Source of the DNA: Thalia democratica
Lineage: Eukaryota
Length of the DNA stretch: 64,000 nucleotides
Direction of reading: 5' to 3'
Assembly (NCBI GenBank): GCA_965202585.1
Contig: OZ241827.1
Coordinates: 85,126,001 to 85,190,000, forward strand
The number at the start of each line of letters is the position of its first letter. Position 1 is the stretch's first letter. Shown here one piece after another: positions 12,750 to 27,700 of this stretch. Below the pieces are notes generated by a model. It made no database searches. It was not told where the DNA came from and saw only the letters and a list, made by a program, of their open reading frames with translations. The position numbers were made by a program, and so were the translations under genes.

Positions 12750-15700
12750 ATGGCAGCGGATGATAGTAACAACAACTTGAAGGTATTTAAAGTTTTATTT
12801 TAAAATAAAATAATTAAATGTTAAGTGTACCTTTCGAAGTAACTTAAAATTTTTTTTTTTTATAATAACTGAAAAGTTTTTTTCGTTCACCAGGTCCCTG
12901 GACCAAATATTTGAGCGCTTTTTTTTTTGTTCAATAAACAATTATTTCAGTACTGCTGCCTGAAAAAATAGTTCAGTTTTTTTTAGGTATAAATTATTGT
13001 GTTATTAGTGTAAAAGAAGCATAGGTTTATACAATTTTAGTAAAGTAAATCAATTATTACTTAAGTTTTAAATGTTTTTTCTGGTAAATGTAAGTGTTAC
13101 TAAAAGTTATATGTCATATCTTCTTTTTTTTGTTTATTAAGTTTTGTTTTATTTAATGCTATCTAAATTCTACATTTACTACTTTTTTGTTAAGTGGCAA
13201 ACTTGAAATTTAAATTCAAACTAAGGCTACAAATTATAATAAAGCTATCAACAACTTGTACTAATTTAATTGCTACTGTTAAATAACTTAAATACTCTAT
13301 ATTGTTGTTTTGAGAATAAATATATTGATTTATTTTCTTTTAATGACTGTTTGTTTAACATTCCTACTTTGTTTGTTTAGCAAACAAAGTTTTGTTTGTT
13401 TATCACTAAATAGAACTTAAAGTGTGTTTAGCTGAACTAACCATCTCCAATTGTCAACTGTACTGTTTTTGTGTTAAAATAATGTTTTTTTGATATTTAA
13501 AGTAATTCAATATTTATTGCAAGCAGTTCATAATCAAACATAATTTATATCTACTTTGTAGCTATGCTTAATCATTTTCTTAATTTTTGAATGGGCTTAA
13601 ATTTATTTGATTGGTCTTGACTATAAAACGATTTACTACTTTTTTAGAATATGTGTAGTCAAGTATAAAATATGTGCAAAGTTTCAATTTTTCTTTTTAA
13701 AATTTTAGATTATTTTAAAAGTGCTATTCTTTTATGAACAAAGAATTATACATTGTAATGACTTCTATAATTTTCTCTACATATAATTTTCTCATTCTTT
13801 TAAATTTTTCCTTTAAAAAACATTAAAATATTTTTAAAAGTACATTTTTATAAGTGTTAAAGACTGTTTTTACTTAAACCTATATTTCAAATTTACAAAC
13901 TGAATTTAATTTTTAATAATTTTTTGTAAATCAAAGGGTGTTGATCAAAGTCAGGACAGCATAAAATTGAAGAGAACAATCACCGTTTGGAATGGTGTGG
14001 GTATCATTGTTGGTTAGTTAAAACTTGTTTTTTGTTTTTAGTTTTTTTGTTTATTAAAGGTTTAAGTTATCGAAATTTTAATGTACTGGTGTATTTCGCA
14101 ATAATTTTTCAAAGGCGGATTCTTAAAACTTTTTATATATTCTTCTGCTAATCTAAAAATTTTTGGAAATTACATTTGTTTTTTTTAATAAAATTACACA
14201 TAAAGTTATTTTTTTGTATGATAATTTTATGGATACTATGAAGCATGTTTCATACACTTAAATTCATTTACTTTTAAGTAGTACAAATACTTTAGAGAAA
14301 AAATTAGCATAAGTTAAATAAATAATCCTGTTTATGATTATAAGTTAAAGCTTAGTATAATTAGTTTTTAAGACCATTTAAATACACTAATATTTTCTCA
14401 TCGTTTAGAAACTTAATTAAATAAAACTCATCCTAAATTGTTCTTATACTTTTTGAACTTCATGTTTTCTATTTTAATAAGATATATAAATTTTCAAATG
14501 TTGCCTAAAACTTTTCATGTTTAAGTGGATATAATCATATTGACCAAAAAAACTACAACTACTTAAATATTCAAATATAATTTATTAACATTATGAAAAT
14601 TTTCAGGTAACATAATTAGTTCTGATTTCAAACAACTTCAAGCAACAAATTTATACTAATTATGTTTTTGATGTAAATTGTTATATTAATAAAAAAACAA
14701 CTGTTCTTCAAATAATATTCTTATTATATTTTTTCAGGTAACATAATCGGTTCGGGTATATTTGTCTCCCCCAAGGGAGTGCTGACATACACGAAATCAC
14801 CCGGCATGGCGTTGATAGTGTGGGCTTTGTGCGGGGTCTTCAGCATGATCGGAGCATTGTGCTACGCTGAGCTGGGCACAACCATACTTGAAAGTGGTGG
14901 TGATTACGCCTACATACTGCAGATATTCGGATCACTGCTGGCTTTCCTGAGGTAAATGAATTTTGTTGGAAATATACTAGTTTATATATTTAAATGTTTT
15001 AAGGTTTTTTATAATCTTAAAAAGTTTTATTTATTTTTTAATTTGATTTTTATTAATATTTTAGGATTTAAATATGTTATCTAAGATTAATTAATGTTAA
15101 AATTTAACAAAAAACTTAAGTGTAAATTTTTTCAGACTTACTTTAGATGTTTCACTGTTTAACAAAATAAGTAGATATTTACTATTTTTCTATGCTATGG
15201 CTGAGTGATTTAATTTTAATGTATTTTATGTTTGTAAAAAGTTATTTACCATGAATATGAATGTGTAATTTCACCCAGTATAACATTTAATGTTCGGTTT
15301 TTACAAATAAAGTAAAATAAATATTTTTCAAAACTTTCAATTTAAAAGAGAGAAAACAATAACAACTAAAGAACTAAGTAATTAATTAGCTTTGATGACG
15401 TACAGTTATTTTATGAGGGTATCTTTAAAATGTGAAACTAATTCTCACAAAATAAAGTTTACAACTATATTCAAAACCTTTATGCAGATTTTGAATAGCC
15501 ATATTGATCATATTTAAGTATTAATGATTTACTTAGTAATGTATAGAAGAATATTAAAACATTATCACGTAAAAAATTGAGTGATCAACAAATATCAATT
15601 ATAATTTTAGATTATGGATAGCCATCCTCATCATCTACCCGACAAACCAGGCCATCATAGCCCTCACTTTCTCCAACTACATTTTGTTCCCCTTCTTTGA

Positions 15701-18700
15701 AACTTGCGAGGCACCCAGCAGTGCGACCAGATTACTTGCTGCAGTCTGCATCTGTTAGTTTGTTTAATTTTCACTAAACTACATATACTTTAACCTTTTT
15801 TTCGCAATCAAAACTAAGTTTAGAGTCCTCTTAAACACCTGTTTGCATCTAGTTTAATATATTAAAAAAAAAAAAAAGAATTTTTTAACACTTATTTATT
15901 CGCTGCAGTGTGTATCCACTTGTTTCAGTTTTTAGTTTTTATTTTCAACTTAAACTTTCTGCAAAAAACTAATTTGATACTGATTATGGTAAAAATTGTG
16001 AGTATGTCATAAAATGAAAATTAATGACTTGAAAATTCTGATCCAAAAGTTCAAACGTGTTCAATAACACTTAAGTGTTTTTAACATAATTCACCTTTGA
16101 TATTATGTTTTGTTTTGTCATTAAAAATGTTGTACTTTGTGTAGTTTTGTTGAAAAGTATGTGTTTGATGAATACTGTGGTTTTGTCGGGCCTTAATAAA
16201 AACTAAAGAAAAAAACAAAAAGGTACTTGTAATAAAATGAATATAATTTTTTTCAATTAGTCTATTTTAAAACTTCTTTTCAAAAACATAATTATACTTT
16301 TTCATGTATTAAAATTTGATGACACTAAAATTTTCAAATTAAAGTTCAAATGTATATAATAACACTTATGTGTTACTAGCATGTTCTTTGTTTTGTCATA
16401 AAATCAATGTTTGCATCTGTTAGTTTAAAGTGTTTTTTTGATATTTAGTATTACCCTGAACTCAACATATTTTTTATGTATCCTTTTGAAATCTTTAATA
16501 TAAAAAAGTTTGCTGTGTAAAAGAACTTTCCTTTGAAAGTAATCACGTAAGAATTAATAAGAATAATACTAAACAAAGTTTTTATTTGGTCACATGTGAT
16601 TTTTGACTTTAAAAATTCGATGTCTGAATTTTTTTGTCCCTTAAATTTCTTTCAATATTGCTTATCTTGGAAATTAGAAACAAAGGATTGTAAATTAAAA
16701 ATTGTCGTAGAAAATTCAACAGCTGCATAAACTTTTCAATCTAAAAAACCTTAATATTAACAATCAGTAGTCTAAAGATTCAACAATGGTTAATACCCAC
16801 TTATACCCACTAATAAACACAAACAAATATAGTGATAACAATTAATTTATTCTATCACAAATTACTTGTTATTACGTCACAGAAATACTGATTGTTTTAG
16901 TATCATCCCACTAACTTCAAAGCGAATATTAAATTATTAAATTTTTATAAACTTAAAAAAAAAATAAATTCAATAAATTTCTTACGTCACACTGATACTG
17001 ATTGTTATAATACAATCCCCACTCACTTCAAAATCCATTATTAGTTAGTTAAATTACTCAGAAAAATTACAATAAAACCTGCATATTATCACGTCACAAA
17101 CAATTAAACGCCACAGTGATACTGACGTGGGTGAACTGCAAGTCGGTGAAGTGGGCGACAAAGGTGCAGGACGCTTTCACGGTGGCCAAGTTGCTGGCGC
17201 TGGTGGTCATCATCATTGCAGGGCTCACGCAGATTTTCATGGGTTCGTGTTTGGTTTGTATCACAAATAAAATTTAAATAAAAACTAGTAAATATGAGCA
17301 GCTTTTGAGCATTTTCCTATTTTGTTATTCTGTATTTACAAATAATTTCATTTGTTTGTTAATGGAGTTATTTAGAAATATATAATTAACTCGTTTTAGT
17401 TAAACATAATTACACAAACATTCATGGATTTATTAGAATTATACAACGCTGTTTTTTCAGTGATTCAGTACTTATGAGTTTCTTAGTTAATTGTTAAAAA
17501 TGTAATATTTATGAAATTTTATTTATTTATCAAAGTGATAGAGTTAAGGATAGACTGAAAACCTAGAAAAACCTGGAATTTTAAACAATTTTTATATCTA
17601 AAGTAATGAAATTTCAATTTGACATAAAAACATTTTATGATTTTTTATCATTTCATTAATATTTTTATATAATAGACATATTTAAAAAAGCTTTAAACTA
17701 AAAATCGACCCAAAAACTTGTACCTTTGAAAGCCTGGAAGAAATTTCCCAAAAACATCTGGCAACCTTGTGAAGTATAAAGTCATGTTTCTTTAGATTCG
17801 TTCAAAATATTGTACTGTTTTTCACATATGCATTGAACGTGTTGTTTGTTTAGTACGTTTAGTTTATTTAATATTGACTAAAAGTTTATTTTATTATAAA
17901 ATGGCTTTGATGAATACTGTGGTTTTGTCTGGTCATTATAAAAACTTTGTAAAAGCCACAAAAAGCTATTGTATAACATATTTTGCATTTTTATTTAAGT
18001 AGTTTTTGTTAATTTATTTTTTCAAAAAACAGTCACACTTTTTTATTTATTAAAACTTAGTGACATAAATATTTTCAAAATAAAGTTCAGATGTGCAAAA
18101 TAACACTTGTGTGTTACTAACATAATTCACCTTTGATATTATATTTTGCTTTGTCATTAAAAATTAAAATTTCAAGATAAGTTTTATATAGGCTACACTA
18201 TTGACAAATGTGCTTTACTATTTAGTTATTTCTAATATTGCTCAAAATTGTTATTTAACGGCACTATTATGACAAATTAGTTTTACTTGAGAATTTTACA
18301 TGACTGAATTCTAAAAGTGTAAAAAAAATGTTATTGAGTACTTTCCAAGATAAAAGTTAAACAAGTTTGTGTGAAGCTCAGTTGTTTATCTTCAAAAAAG
18401 ATTGATGACATTAATCCCATTAAAAAGCTTCCGTAAACATTTTAAGTATTTTCACCACGTAAATATTTTTAATTTTCGGTTTCTAAAAGTCAGTTGATAA
18501 AAGTTTTTCCTAAAATAGCACGAAATTTTTATGAATCACTATCAATAGCAATTAGTTGGAAAACACCAACCTTATTGCGTTGGTTTGTTTGTTTGTGGTA
18601 AAGTTCATACACCTCATAACATGCTTTTCATATAAACTGTTTGTGTTGTTGGGTAAGAATGTTAATAGAAGTTACGTGTCATGATGATTTTTTTTTCGTC

Positions 18701-21700
18701 CGGAGAAAAAAATTAAAAAAAAATATTGTAATGTTTGATGAAAATAGTTTTTAGACAACCAAAACGTTTTATTTGGTAATTATGGTGTTCCGATGGTTAT
18801 TGACACAAAGTTTATCCGGCATCTATTGTCATCAATAAAATAAAAACTCAAGCACAAGACTTTTGGTTGTGAAGGCTAGACTATATTGATTTTGAAAATG
18901 TGTAGTATATAATGTAGGTGACCTCTGGTTATTTATAATTTCAAAAATATATCTATGTTAAAAATTCAGTTTGTAAACTTGAACAAGTAGTATGTAGTGG
19001 ATATTTCAGTGATACTAGACTCTTGAAGAACTTAAGAAATGTGTAGTATGTGTGTGATTGAAAGTACAGTTTGCTTAAATTCTTTAATGTCTGGTAAAAT
19101 ACTTAAGCAAGCCACGAAAGTATGTTGTAAATTTTTATAGGGTTTTGTTCAAAAATACAATACACTTTTTAGGTTTATACAAGATAACCACAATTAAAAT
19201 CAAAAGTTTTAATCGTGTTAGAAGCCAAATATTTGTTCATTACTTTTCTATAGTGTTATTAAGAGCCAATTAGTTTTGGTTATAAACCGTTCACACTTTC
19301 AAATCGTTAAATTAATAAGAGCTACATGATATTCTCTTTTAAATAATGTAATTCATGTAAAATAACTAGAAGTTATTGATAAGTATTAAAAAAAATTAAT
19401 TTAATATTAAGTTTATTCTTGATAAATAACTGAAAACAAAAAGTGTTGTAGAAATAGTTTCAGTGTTTATATCACGTAGCAGGCTAGACAGGGCGTTAGT
19501 AATATGTTGTGAGTTTGTCATGATATGTTGTATGTTCAACAATGTTTTTCATATATTATAACTATTTCAAAAAAACTTAAACACATTCATGGTAATTGTG
19601 CAGGAAAGAGCGAATACTTGATGCCTTCTAAGGCGTTCGAAGTAGAAGATGGCACCAAAGTTCAAGTTGAAGGAATCGCATTAGCAGCTTACCAAGGATT
19701 CTTCGCATATGCTGGATGGTTAGTGTAAAAAGTGATAATAAAAACAGTAAAACTAATACATATGTAGTTGATTAAAAATAGTGTGTAAGTTATAAGATAT
19801 CCTGGATAGTATGAAATTTGATAAGTCTTGTACAATCTATATTTAATAACAGGAAAACAGTTGTAATGGGTCTTTTTTATAAAACATAAGAAGCAAACAG
19901 AACTTGAAACAATTAAAAAAAGTTTCATTTATTTGCAACCTGAAAACAAAAAGTAGTTAAGTTACTTTTGTGAACTTGTACAAACTTTCTGAAAAAAAAT
20001 TTGCAACAAAAAATTCGCTAAAACGAAGCTCCAAGAAACTTGGAGATAAAGGCAATTATGAGTTTTTAATTTCCAATTTACCTCACAAGTAGTTTACTCA
20101 ACTTACAGTTAATTGTATAATTGCATCGCTTTGCTTGTATACATACAAACACAAAGTTTTGTTTAATTGTACGCTCGCTTAAGCCCTTTGTTTTTGGAAC
20201 TTTTGTACAAACTAGTTATTTATGTGCATAAAGTAAAACAACAACTTTGTCCCAACAAGTATTTGCTTTCAAATGAAAGTGATGATTTAAAACGAACGTA
20301 ATGTGGTTTATGGTATATAAATATGTACAAGTTTCTTCAACCAACAATTAATGCATACTAGATTTATTTTAATTATGCCAATTTCTTCCCTACTGAATCT
20401 AGTGCTTTCGTTAATATATATTTTTTTTACCACTTAATAAAAACCTTAAAGTAATAATCTTCAACTTAATATTAGCTGTAATTGATATCAGTTTTTGTCA
20501 AACAAACCGGTTAAAATTTTACGAAAAAATGCGTTTAAAACAGAAAATACCTGAAATTAAAGTTCTATACAGTTTAATTAAAAGCTATTTCATTATATCA
20601 TTTAGAGTTGGGATTACATAAGTATAGGAATTCTTGGAATTATAAGCAACATACATGTTTTTTGTCAGTTTCTTTGCGGTTTTTGTATCTGAATTAAAAA
20701 GTTTCGGCGGCTGATAAATCGATGTTCCTTTTTAAAAAAATGTGCTTTTTCTCAGTAGATTTATAGATTTATTGATAATGAAACGTGTTAAAAGATTAAT
20801 TAATTTTATCTTTTTAATCTTTATTTCAATATAAATCATATGGAAAAGCAGTAAATTTGCAATGTAAACAGTAAGTTTTCATATGACTTCAGATAGCTAT
20901 AGTATTATGAAAAAAATACTATGTCTGTTCTTTTAAATAATAAATAAATAAAAACGACTTATTATTGGTATAATTGTATAACTCCTGAAGTAATTGTTCT
21001 AATAAAAGTCATTTTAAACTTTGACTGTTTTTAGTAATTTATGTTTTAATTATATCTACTTATTACTACAAATAAAGTTGTAATAGTAATATGTTTTAGA
21101 ACTTATATTATTTTAAAACCAGTTGCGTTTTCTTTTATTATTTTATTCTTATATAACTTTTCGAATTAAAGTTAAAGTTAATAAAATTATCCTCATGTTT
21201 TTAACTTGTTAAATGCTAATATAAGCTAAAATTATATATTATTTTCTATAATTTGTTTAAAATAAAAACAGGAACTACCTGAACTTTGTCACAGAAGAAA
21301 TGATTGAACCTAACAAGTTGGTTTAATTATTAATAACTAATTTATACATAATTCTTTATATTTTTCAAAATAGACATTTATGTAAGTGCATTAAGTTATT
21401 TTATAAAGTGAATAATTTTTAATCCACAAAAAAACTTGCCAATCACCCCATGCTTTAAAAACAACCCGTCAATCAAAAAAGTCTATACAGAGTTCGTTGT
21501 AAACAAAATTGTTATGTAATACAAGTAGAAAGTAAAATTCTTATGAAACGACTGTTATATATAGGTGTAAGGTTCACAGACACGTATGTACTGTTGTTTT
21601 GAGAAACAATCTCTTTTTGAAACTGAACATTTTTTTTTGTAAAAACACGAGTAGAAACAAAAAGAAAAATTTTTATGACAAAAATATTGTAGCATAAATA

Positions 21701-24700
21701 GTTTGCATGATTTGAAGTTCACAGACACATAAATTTGGTTGTTTTTCAATCAAAATTAACCTTTCACCTTGTAAAGCTATACGTTTATGTTTGGGAATTT
21801 TAATGTTTCCTTAAATAGCATTTCGTGTTTTTATCGTTGGATCAATAACCTTATGGTAATTTTGTGCATGATTTAATATTTGAAATTATCAATAATCAAC
21901 TTTTACATCACAAAAAGTATAAATATATTTAAGTACCAGCAGTATATGTAAGGACATTTAGATTAACTTGTTCATTTATTATGTTGAATCTTTAAAAATA
22001 GATACTTTTTTGAGCTATTAAGTAAAAAAAAAATGCATTTATTGCTACGGGGGGACACGTGAAAATTTTCACAAATTTGTTTACAGGATGGATTTAAACC
22101 CGTGTTTTGAGCACTTTAAGTAACTTTAAAACGTTGTAAAAACACCAGAGACTTTTGTGACTTGTTTTGTTGTACAACTCCTCAGATGTTTGATTGACAA
22201 AAGTGTATTTGTTGTTTTACGTATTTTAAAGATTTGTTTTGGAAACAAATTGCTTGTTATTTTGGTAATTTTGAGGAATTTTGCTGTGGCAATTTAGATT
22301 TAAAACACTTTTATTTCGAAAAAAAAAACTGTTTTTGTACATTTGTGGAATTAATTTTGACTCAACGAGTATTTTTTAGTCTTTTTTTTAACATCAAAAA
22401 TCAACCAAAAGGTTTATTAAATTTTTTAACTGAAATGTTACCTCAAACACAAAGGAAAAATAATTAACATTATTTTGGATGTTAAAACTAAACAAAGTTT
22501 TTTACTTAAGTTGAAAACTTTTTTATGGTAGTGAAATTGTAATAATTTATAAATGTGTTTCATTGTGTTTACAAAAGACGTAGTGATATATATTTTTTAA
22601 TTGTTGTAATATGTGTTATAGTCCAATGTTGTAAAAAACACAAATCAATATTGTAACTTGGTTTTAAACTGTGCTTGGTTTCTAGGTGTTTGATTGACAA
22701 AACAGTAATTGTTGTTTTACATGTTTCAAAGATTTGTTTTGCAAGCAAGTTCTTTGCTACTTGGTGTTCTTTAGTGTTTTTGTGGAACTTTGCTGAAGCA
22801 ATTGAGATTTAGAATACTTATACTTCAAAACTAAAATGTTTTTTTGTAAATTTGTGGGATTATTTTAGGCTAACCATTAATTTTTGAAGTAAAACAAAAC
22901 TTCAAAAAAAAAACAAATTGTTATTAATTCTTCATAATATAATAATTTTTCAAAAATAACTATACAATTAACACTTTTGATTTACAACTTAAACTTTTTC
23001 AAAAGTGTTTTGACTTTGAGAAATAATATTTCATTTTATTAAAAATTTGGTTTACTCAGTAAAATTTTATAAGTTGTATACTTATTTCTCTGAAATAAAA
23101 AAGTATATAATTGTTAATAAATATTTTGATGTTTTAACATGAACAAACTCACGAGAACTTTGAAATTTTTTTCAAATTGTCTAAAAAAAAGCTTTACAAT
23201 TTGTTGTTACATCAAATTTTATTTGAAGTTACTATTTTTATACTCAAACAATAGTGTTTTAGTAACATAACATGCAAGCCAATTTTAAAGAATAATTAAG
23301 TTCAACTTATATTTCACGTTTTAATCCAAACTTCCGTTTTTATTGTTTATAGTTGCTAATAAACGTGTATTAGTAAACTTATGTTTGTATTTAGTTCTTC
23401 CGGTTTGTTTATTTCTCATTATTTTACACATTAAACCTTCCTACTTGAGTTTATATAGAAAAAATTTATAAAATTATCAACTTCTCTTTTAAACTTAAAA
23501 AAATAATTTTTGAAATGTATGTTGAATAGTTTCCGGTACAATTATTTTAAATTACTCCTTGAGTTTTATGTATTTAAGTCTTAATTAAAAAAAATCAACA
23601 GAAAACTTTCATTTCTTTTATTTGTAAACACTTACTTATTTTAATTAAAAAAAGTAAACATTTTTATAAGTATTAGATATCTAAAAATGAAATAACTAGT
23701 ATTCTAATCAGTGTTGAAATGCCAAAACTGATGTTATATAACACCGTAAAATTACTATCCAAAATTGAATGAGAAAATTCTGTAGTATTTGAACTTTTCC
23801 TTGTATGACGTAACACCAACGGCTTTATAAGGAGCTTGAATTCACATGGCGTAATTACAACATAAGAAATTGTTTTCCATGTTTTAAAAATGTATGCGGA
23901 ACTTTCGTTTCTACGTAAATCCCATAATTATGGAAAAAACATCATTTCTCATTAAATTTATATAAGTATTTGTATTCAGATTTATTCATCTTATTTTAAT
24001 TGATCCTACGCTTTTTGATCAGTTATTTTAGGAAGCATGATGTTATATATAGTTAAGCTAAACCTATAAAGTTGTTTCATCAGGGCTATTTTAATTCGCA
24101 TTGGTATAGTTTTTTATAAACATATATTTTGGTATATTGGTAGTAATTATGAGTATTGTTTTAACACAGAATTATTTTACGACCGAGAAGTCGTTTTATA
24201 ACATACCAGGTTCATTGACAATATTTTTTAACGTTGTTTTCTTTTTTATAGTAAGAGAGGTTGTTTCGTTGCTTAAAATAAAATTGGGTTATTGCTTAAG
24301 TTTTTACAAAGCAAAGACTCCTATTTTTTTTTCTTAACAATCTCACGTATAAAAGTACGATAAATATTATCTGATCGAAAATCAACAAACAGAAACTTGC
24401 CCCGAGCAATTAAGATGTCAATGCCGCTGGTCACAATCGTGTACCTGTTTGCCAACATCGCTTACTTCGCAGCTATGAGCCCGTCTGAACTGCTCAACTC
24501 CAACGCTGTCGCTGTGGTAAGTTGCTTTGTTTGTATGTGTATTTATGTAAATCTATTCAGTTGTATAATAAACCAAGTTTCATTCATATGTTTCACAGTA
24601 AAAAAAAAGAAATTAAAAACTGTTTTGTTTGTTTAAATAAATAAATTCATATAATTCTCGATTTATAATTTATCATATGTTTTTACCAGGTTTCTTCTAG

Positions 24701-27700
24701 GCGTAATTGTTAAAAAAATAAAATTTTAAAGTATGAACCAAATTTTGTAGTATTGAAATAAATAAATTAAAAACTAAAGTATGTTGAGTGTTCCGACACT
24801 TGACTTTACAAGTTGTTGAAACTATTAGTAAAGTTTGTAGCATTTCAAAATTTTAAGAGTAAAACACTTATACAGTAATATATATTTCAAATCTAATTTT
24901 TTTTTGTGCTTTAGAAACTTTAAATGTAAACCATTAAAAAGACTTTAGATTTTTAAGCTGATTCACTAGCTTATCAGAAAAAAAAAACAAAAAAAAACAT
25001 TAACTTCTACAAAAAAATAACGCTATTTGTTTTAGTTATAACAAAATCTGTTAAGTTTTTCTATCCTTGAAATTTTTCAGATATTTTCTATAAAGCTTTT
25101 AAAAATTATATCATATATTTTTGAATGACTTTCTTTTTACAACACTACTTCGGAGTCGTACATTTTTTATGTAATTTTATCAATAATTTATTACATAATA
25201 AAATTATCATCTCTACAAACAGACGCTTGGTAACAAGTTGTTAGGGTTCATGGCGTGGGTGATCCCAATATCGGTTGCCATGTCAACATTCGGTGGGGTC
25301 AACGGGTCCCTGTTAGTATCTTCAAGGTAAGAGTTTATTTTGTTATAAAAAAAAATTCTTATACAAGCTTTTGATATTCATCATTTAGTAAAATTTGAAA
25401 ATATTCTTTGGTTTATTACGTATTTCATCCAAATGAGATTTTTTTAAGAACATTTTTATAACACAAACTTTAAGTTTTAAGTAAAGTGAGTAAAATGAAG
25501 TATTAAATAAGTTACTTTTGTGTCCAAAAAGCACACTTTTATTTTTTGGAGTCAGTGTTTGCTCAGTATCATGAATATTTGTGGTTATTTTAAGTTATTT
25601 TCTAATCTAAACTAATTAAAGAAAATCTAATCAAATAAAAGTAATTACTTTAAATACCCTGTAATATTTAGTAAAACGATGCGTAAGTAATGTTTAACAC
25701 TCATACAAACAGCATTTTTATATTATATATTGATTAATATGTACGGTTATTTGACACTTTTAAGAATTTAAATTAATTGTTTAGTTTCAATATTGAAGTA
25801 GAACTAGTTTAAAAACTTATACTGAATATTATTAAATACAATAATGCGTAGGTATTCTTACTTGTCGTTATACAACCACAATAAAATGTTGAAAGTTTTT
25901 ATGTAATATTAAGCTGTTGGACTCTTGTATAATTATTTTATGTAACGACCAATAAATAATGTCATTCTCCTGTTATTAATCTTCTTACCAGCTATTTCAA
26001 TGAATAATTGTTTGATTTCGGTTTTTTAAATTTTTTTGTCATAATATTTACAAGTACCTGTTTTATATATTTATTTTGCACTTATATACTATAAAACAAC
26101 ATATATGTTTAACAGTATCAGCAAAAAGAGTAAAGTACTTAGTGTTTATTAAAGTTTTACATTTCTATAAATTTTATTTTATCAAAAGTTACTTAGTTTT
26201 TATCAACAAAAATTAAATATCACTATTGAAACAAATGAGCCTATTTTGCCAGCTTTTTATAAAACTATAATTAGTTCAAGTAAACTGACATTTCAATTCA
26301 ATTAATACACACAGGTGTTTCTTCGTAGGAGCTAGGCACGGTCATATGCCTGAAAGCTTGGCGCTCATCAACACTAAAAACTTCACACCAGTTCCAGCTC
26401 TTATTTTCACTGTTAGTTTTTGTTACTTTATATTAGATAAAAATATAATTATTTAAGTTTAAAAAATTTCACTCTAAAACCAGCTTTAACTTTTACTGTA
26501 AGCTTTTTTTTAAATAATTGGCTTATGTTAATTAATTTTAAAAGTTTAAATCCAGTACAAACACTAAATTTCACTGTTAGTTTATAATCAGTTTTACTCC
26601 GGTAAGTTTTAATTGATGTAATTATTTATAAAACATTGTCCGAATAATTATAACAACTTCTATTTGCTACTTCTTTAAGTAAAAGTAATATGAATTTTAT
26701 TAAACTTAATTTTTATGTGCAGCGAAAAAATAGTTCTGCTAGTTCAAACATCAAACACAGGATTTTAAATTAATTAAATCATAGACAGACTCCTACTAAT
26801 AAATTCCCCAAGTAGCTTTCTTATAAGATCAAAGTTGAAATGTCCTTTCATTCTAATTTATGATCTTGTTTTGTCATACCAACAGATGTTTCAATCAACA
26901 GCATTCTGCAACATACTCGAAATTAGTTATTCTAGTGTAAAATGAGTTCATTACGTTAAAATAACAAAAACAGTTGATAGTTGTTACAACTGGGATTATT
27001 TTTTTTGAATGATTTGTTTACAAGTACTTCCTATTTGTCACTATTATATAACATCACTTTATGATAGTTTTGTAGAGCTAAACTAGGTCATATGAGTGTA
27101 TCCTGTAATATATTTTTATAATGTGCTTTGTAAAAATCTTATATACTTTCTTAAATTTAAAGAAAAGCATATTTTGTTATATATAATATAGACTTAATTA
27201 GAACTTTATGACATGAACACTATTTTCATTTATGAAAAATAATTGCAACTGTTAAATTTTTACGACCTACTCATTTACTTTATTGTAGCAAAGAGATTAT
27301 TTTTTTCTGGCTCGTTAAAAAACAGTAATTTTCATCAATAGAAACATATTGCCACTTTTAACCTACTTTTTTCCTCCTGCCTAATTAAGAGATCTTCTCA
27401 TGTTAATGTGATTAGCATGGCGTCACTTCACTTTCGAATCGATATTTTACTTTTGAACTGTTGTGAATAAATGCAGTCGTGCGCACATAAATTACCTAGT
27501 GTCGTGTGTGTGGTGACTCAAAGTTTTTCTTTCGAAATGTGTTTAAATAAACATTTCGAAGACATTAAGTATATATTAAAAGAGAATGTTAACGTTATTA
27601 AGTAAAAACGTATGTAACTGGTTGTTTGCAACTGCAAATAATTAATGCTTTAGTTTTAAGTGAGTTTTTTCAACCATTAAAATTAAAAGTTTTTGCAAAG

